From: Selaginella moellendorffii
Taxonomy: Eukaryota > Plantae > Lycopodiophyta
Direction of reading: 5' to 3'
Assembly: GCF_000143415.4 (NCBI RefSeq)
Contig: NW_003314372.1
Location: 587,800-631,273, forward strand
Length of the DNA stretch: 43,474 bases
The position numbers and the translations under genes are program-made. Within the stretch, counting starts at the first letter, position 1. Every line of letters begins with the position of its first letter. The notes under the pieces were generated by a model. The model did no database searches, was not told where the DNA came from, and saw only the letters and a list, made by a program, of their open reading frames with translations. Positions 37,754 through 43,474 of this stretch are shown piece by piece.

Positions 37754-40700
37754 CATAGCTTCCCAAACAAGTAGGTGCATTCATTTTGGATCAGTTTTTG
37801 AAGTGGTGGATAAAGCATTTCAGAAATCTCAATCATTACAGTTGGAATTGAAGGAGTTTCAATACATGAGAGGTGAGGAGCTTCCATCTTCTTATAATGG
37901 AAATATATTCTTCAAATTTCCATTTTCCAGTTTGTCAAGCAGGAAGAGGGGCATGAAGATCCGTCTTCATCCACATAATTGGTATAGGGTAAAGCTGACC
38001 CACTTCTCCCATTTCAATGGATCTATGTCTATAGTCCATTGTGGTGGACAGCTTTAGTGTGTTGTTGAAAAATGCATTTTCTGATCATAGCAAGAATATG
38101 TGTTTCTTAGAAGGCTCAGTGATCAATCCCCCTAGGCGTGATGAGGTTCCTACAGGGTTTAGATGTCGCAAATGTGGGGCAACACTTGTATGTCAAGTAT
38201 ATTGTGATGCAAAAATGTATTATTTTCTTCTACGGGATGGATATTTAGTCAGGTAGTAGTGCATGTTGGATACCACCAACACGGAATAGAGGAAGGAACC
38301 CGTCATGATTCTTTTCGCAATTTGAAGGTTGTTGTTATTACAGAGGCTGGGAAGAAAAATGCCAAAACTCCAAAGTGTGTTCAATAGTCTGCACTAAAGG
38401 AATATGTGGTGGATATGTTACTATAAGTTAATAGTAAAAAAGAGTTCACAAAGAACAGCTTGAAGGACTTTCTTCGAAATATAAAACTTGTGACAAATTT
38501 AAACAGATATAAGATTAATACTTAACTCTACTTGTCACTAGAAACACTCTTTTTTTGGCAAAATAAAGAACTAGATGCGAGAAAGGCGAGATGGAAATCT
38601 TCAATCTAGGTTGGATATGATTTTGGAGTTAAAAATAAAATATCCCTATGAGTTTATTCATGGGAACTTGTTTGTTGGCCAAGTGATTTCGAACAGTCAA
38701 TGCCCTTTCATCTTTAAGATATCCACCCTTGGTCCTACTTCTAATTTGGACCTTGTACAACGAATGGACTTTGCTAATTCTAACAAGTTCCAGGCTGATC
38801 AAGTCTAACTTCCATCACGAGTTCAAGCAAATTTGTCGGGAATGGATGGATGCACCAACTAAAGAGGAGCACAAGGCAATGGCAAATGATGAAGGAGGCA
38901 AAGTGCCAATTGAACACCTTCCACAAATGAAATGCTAGCTTGCATGGTGGGAAGTTCCAATGTTTTAGTGGGGCCACTATATTCTCCATATAAGTTTTCT
39001 CTCATTTTCTTTTCTTGTCACATTCAAATATTGCATTTTATCTAGGATCAACCACTTGATAATACTGCACTTACATTAACAATTAATCTCTCTAAGAGCA
39101 AACATTGGAGTTGAAGAGTTTCAAAAGCAAGGAAAGGAAAAGTGTCCCTCTATAAAGCTATACTCTCTAACCTCACTAGATCTCTTGAGTAGTCATCAAA
39201 AGCTTTGGCTACACAAAAAGCAAGGTTTGCTAGTATAGGTCCTAACTTAATCAAGCTTCACAAGCGGGTTGGTAGAAAAATTACACCAGCAACAAGGTCA
39301 ATATCTAAGGTGGTGGAGAAAGTTGTTACTAGAACTTCTATGGAATCTTGTTATAAACCACTTGGGGACATGAAGACAGCCCATATGAAGTGTCGACAGA
39401 TATTTGATAGGCCCAACATCACTCCTTCTAGCTCTCACCATCCAGAGTTTGACTACCATTCTATTCCACGACACTAGACAAGAACTAAGGAACATGGAGT
39501 GGAGGAGGTGCTAGTTATTACACAAATAAATCCAGTGCTAGAGGTTGTGAAGATTATTGTTTGTGAGCTAGTTTCTCATATCAACTGGGCAATTCAAAGA
39601 GTTAATGCCAAGAGTAATGCGTGTTACTCTAGAATGATTGGGAGTCGAGGTCAGTGTCTTGCATTTGTGTGCTCATGTTCAAGTTCTTCATCAATACCAT
39701 ATTTCTAGGGCTGTCGAGATCTAGGAGTAAAGGGCCATCAGTCAAGCTAGATTTATTAATGTGGGACTGATGTTACTCATACAAACCAGATCCACAACTC
39801 AATTATCTCAAAGCCAGATTCTGTGCCAGAGGAGTGGCCAGTTGAACAAAGCTGCAACCTTTTGAAAGAAGAGATTGAAAGTTTGGAGAGAACTGGTTTC
39901 AAGCTGAAAACTTCCTCAAATGTTACTATTGATATTTCTATGCCACCAATGTCAACATTAGACTGGCATACATGACTAGCTAGAAATGGGAAGGCTGTAC
40001 AATATAGGTCTTCCAATTCAAAAGGTGCATAAGAGAAGATCAAGTTGGCAAAGGCGTTGAACTACACAATCACAAAGATAAACTACATTAGTGCCGTGGC
40101 TAAGGAGTTTGCTGTTGTGACTGAGTCATCAAAGGGTACGAGCTACACTATCAAAATCTGCAAAAATCCATCCTGTACCTGTCCAGATTTTACAAAGAGG
40201 GAGAACAAGGGAAAGGTATATTTAGCTTGCAAGCACATCTATTATATTTTTATGTAGGAACTAAACCAAAATCCTAAAATCAACCATCATATCCACCAAG
40301 CAAGCTTTACAATTGCAAAGCTTGAGAAGTGTTTCTAGATTCCTTTTAGTGTTCGGATCTATATTTATATTTGTATTTTATTGGTCAAATTTACTTAGAA
40401 ATATAGATTAAATCAAAATTTGAAAAATGAAAAGATGTTGATTCAAGATGAACCAATGTTTTTCTTGTGTTTGAGAAGTTGTGAGCTCAACTCATGAGCT
40501 CATAAGCTCAAAACCTACCTGGGTTCCTCGGGGACTAGTTCCCCAACCTCAATAGCCTCGCCTCATAACAAGCTTCAAGACCATGCTTCTACTATGCCAC
40601 TCTAATTTTGTGTGTTCTATGAATCATTTAGCTTTGCCAAAATCCCTTTTGGCTTTGCTAATTTGGATAAACAGACTTTTCCCATCTCTACAACCTTGGA

Positions 40701-41171
40701 TATTGGATAGCACCTCTTATCTATAATTTTATAGGGATTTAGTCCCTTGAGCCTTATTTAATGCCTTCATATTATCAAACACCACTTCCTAATGTTTTAA
40801 AGTGTTTAAGTGTTCTAATAATGGCCTTCTTTGACAATGAGCATTTCTCTTTATGACATTGATTTACTATATTACAATATAAACAATTTATCCTTCTGAG
40901 GGATATATTTAACCTCATTATCCCATAACAAGTGTNNNNNNNNNNNNNNNNNNNNNNNNNNNNNNNNNNNNNNNNNNNNNNNNNNNNNNNNNNNNNNNNN
41001 NNNNNNNNNNNNNNNNNNNNNNNNNNNNNNNNNNNNNNNNNNNNNNNNNNNNNNNNNNNNNNNNNNNNNNNNNNNNNNNNNNNNNNNNNNNNNNNNNNNN
41101 NNNNNNNNNNNNNNNNNNNNNNNNNNNNNNNNNNNNNNNNNNNNNNNNNNNNNNNNNNNNNNNNNNNNNNN

Positions 41172-43474
41172 NCACTCTCATTGCATGCTTTTCAACTTAG
41201 GCTATGCCATTCCCATTCCATTAGGATTCCTTGGCAAGGGGTTCTCATGAACACACTAACTTGAGCTCAAGGCATACACCTTGGCATATTTAGTGTCTCC
41301 ACACCATCGGCTCTACAAGTTCACCTTTATGACACTTCCTACTTGTGTCTAAGTTTTTGCCAAAATAATACTAGTCGTTTCTTATGCTAACTATCAGTTA
41401 ACACTTGAACATAGTATTCACATACAACTCCTTGCCCAAGTTGCTTTTTTCTATTAACAACTTTCCACAACTTTAGTATGGCACGTTTTGCCATCAATAA
41501 GACACCCACTATTCTCATATTTAGATCTTATGATCCTCACAGTCTTTCAAAAAGTATAATGTATCTTAGTTTAAAAGTTTTCACTAATCTTTTAGGACCA
41601 TCCTTTGACTCCACTGAGTCATCTAGCTTTTGGACTTTGCTTATCTGATGACTTGTAAGGTCCTAGCCTTATGGCTACTTTTGAGGTGCTAGCTCATTAG
41701 AATACAACTTCTTGTATTTGCATCTTATTCAAAAAGACCACCTTTACAAATGTTACTCTGATACTTGATTATTCTTTGTTTCTTGTGGGCTATGTTTGTC
41801 CCTTAGGACTATCCATCCAAATGATGAGAATACTGACTCATCCTCTAAGTATACCCCCTAACTCCTTAGGTTGTTCCAACATTTATTAAAAGTAGCCGCA
41901 GCTACCATTTTAAGGACCTATATCCTTTTCCGTATTCGACCTCCCACAGTCATTAATTCTAGTCTTAAATTCATGAACACGAACCTCAACTATATGAAGA
42001 TAATCTTGTAACTCCTTTATTGTCTTGGAGTCTTTATCTTTCCCGTAATCCTAACTATAGTTTTTTATCATAACCACATTAGCCAGTTTGTTAAGTCAAA
42101 TGCTCATCTGGATCACATCCTCAACTTTCTGAGAAAAACTTTATATTGTTTCCAAGATCCCAAATTCGTTCCTAAATTGGCCCCTTTCTCATATATGAAC
42201 TAAGGTGTAGAGTTATGCCCTTTCGACATGCTACTCCTTGAGGATAAACCCACTCCTAATACCTTCTGATGTTAATACAAGTGGTGATATATTTGACCAC
42301 CATGTAGCATACTTTATCTCTCTGCCCTTAAGCCAATTGGAAAAGGGATAATTGTTTGATGAGAGAGCCCTTAGTGGCTATTTTATCCCCATTTATCCCC
42401 CAAGGTTCCAAGGATCTATAGTGACAGTATATCCAAATCTCATCCCATGATCATATGTGCTACATACCAATAACATTTGGATTAAGGAATAACTCCGATA
42501 CCAAGTTGTAAGTGACTAAATTCTTTATTCTATTTAGTCACTTAACCACACCTTTGACCACTTGGAAAAGTCCCACTCACAACCTCCATAAGTTCTATTC
42601 CAGACTTGGGGATTTGCTAACCCCATAAATGGCATCTATACCACTCAGCCTTTGCACTTGGTCCACGTGCTTCATATATCTGATCCCATGATCGACACCC
42701 AAAGGTACTACTAATATATTAGCCTGTTACGCTATGGCTATATTTATTTACCCTTGGCTCATTAGTAGTCCTAGACCATTTGTGCCATTGTCCCGTCTCT
42801 TAAGACTATACCATCTATCCATCAGTGGTCATCTTAGAACCACTCCTTAGCATCCTTAGGATGCCCCAAGACATGAGGAATAGCCTTCCTCAATATCCCT
42901 TATGTGGTCCCCACAAAGTCCTTCTCCATCCCTACCCATGTTTGCCAACACTACCACTAGGTTAGGGCCCAAAGGCCCAACCATTACATCCCATTGACCT
43001 CTGGGATTTCCTTGTCACATGACTGCATCCTTGGTCACAACACAAGAGGATTGCTCCTCTTCCTTTCCATAATTTGGGACTTTAGGACAACATTTTGAAA
43101 CACCATAGCCCTACACGAGTCTCTTGAGTACTCTCCCCACCTTCTGTATTTGGATGCTTTAACCATGTGGCTAGAGCGAGGTTCTAATGAGCCATACCAA
43201 GTATCCAAATAGATAATGCCACCCACACTTGGATTGGGAGCATTGACTATTCCTAAGGGAGATAGAGCTGGCTCTTGAACACTTCACCAAGTTACTCCAT
43301 TTGTATGTCTGTGTTCATTCTAGCTTTGGATTCCTCAGTAGTTATAACATCACCTACAATATAGCCTTCCTTGGTCATACTAGCCTTTCCTAGCCAAACT
43401 GGCTCCATAGGAGTCCTCCCCCTACTATAATTTTGGAGCTCACGAAACTCCCTAGGGTCTAGGAGATAATTGCT
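41172..43474 (-). mobile_element. Decayed LTR retrotransposon: LTR (from 42507 rightwards), tRNA-iMet PBS and degenerate internal region
   Basis: Minus strand ...CACTTACA-ACT-TGGTATCGGAG (LTR CA end at 42507, PBS 42503-42493). 41172-41420 weakly resembles a copia RNase H C-terminus (IILAKN...VFMRTP). The far LTR end and the superfamily are not resolved. Confidence 0.6.

Larger units (their letters stand above)
36238..40340 (+). mobile_element. Decayed Mutator-like (MULE) transposase pseudogene with N-terminal Cys/His zinc domain and C-terminal SWIM finger
   Basis: SWIM motif PSCTCPDF-x-CKHIYYIF at 40045-40257. N-terminal HCGGQL*C..KC..CRKC..VYC..HVGYHQH is WRKY/GCM1-like. Many stops and frameshifts. 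TIRs were not found, so the superfamily call is an inference. Confidence 0.6.

Noticed and set aside
35370-40510. CTCATGAGCT at 35373 and 40491 as MULE TIRs
   Set aside because: The match is about 10 bp and near-palindromic, with no extended TIR or 9-bp TSD visible.

Overview
Eukaryotic (land-plant) genomic DNA with eight N gaps. It has ~45-60 nt introns, plant-specific gene families and an axonemal gene. These point to a plant with flagellated sperm, most likely the lycophyte Selaginella (inference). Only one apparently intact host gene is present: multi-exon CFAP43 (minus strand, 21677->14864). Around it sit minus-strand non-autonomous Helitron-like elements, recognised by A|TC 5' ends and CCCAGC-NNN-GCTGGG hairpin + CTAG 3' ends: A' (<1-4605), A (4721-13489), B (23208-27133) and C (27134-35363). 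They carry intron-containing pseudogene fragments of an MRL1-like PPR gene, a class III peroxidase, RPA70-like OB-fold genes, an acyl-activating enzyme and a purple acid phosphatase. They are arranged head-to-tail, and two separate junctions are identical over 62 bp. The right end holds a fold-back element, a decayed SWIM-domain Mutator-like transposase interrupted by a solo LTR (TSD CATAG), and a decayed LTR retrotransposon. All assignments come from reading the sequence by eye; no searches were run, and pseudogene boundaries are approximate.
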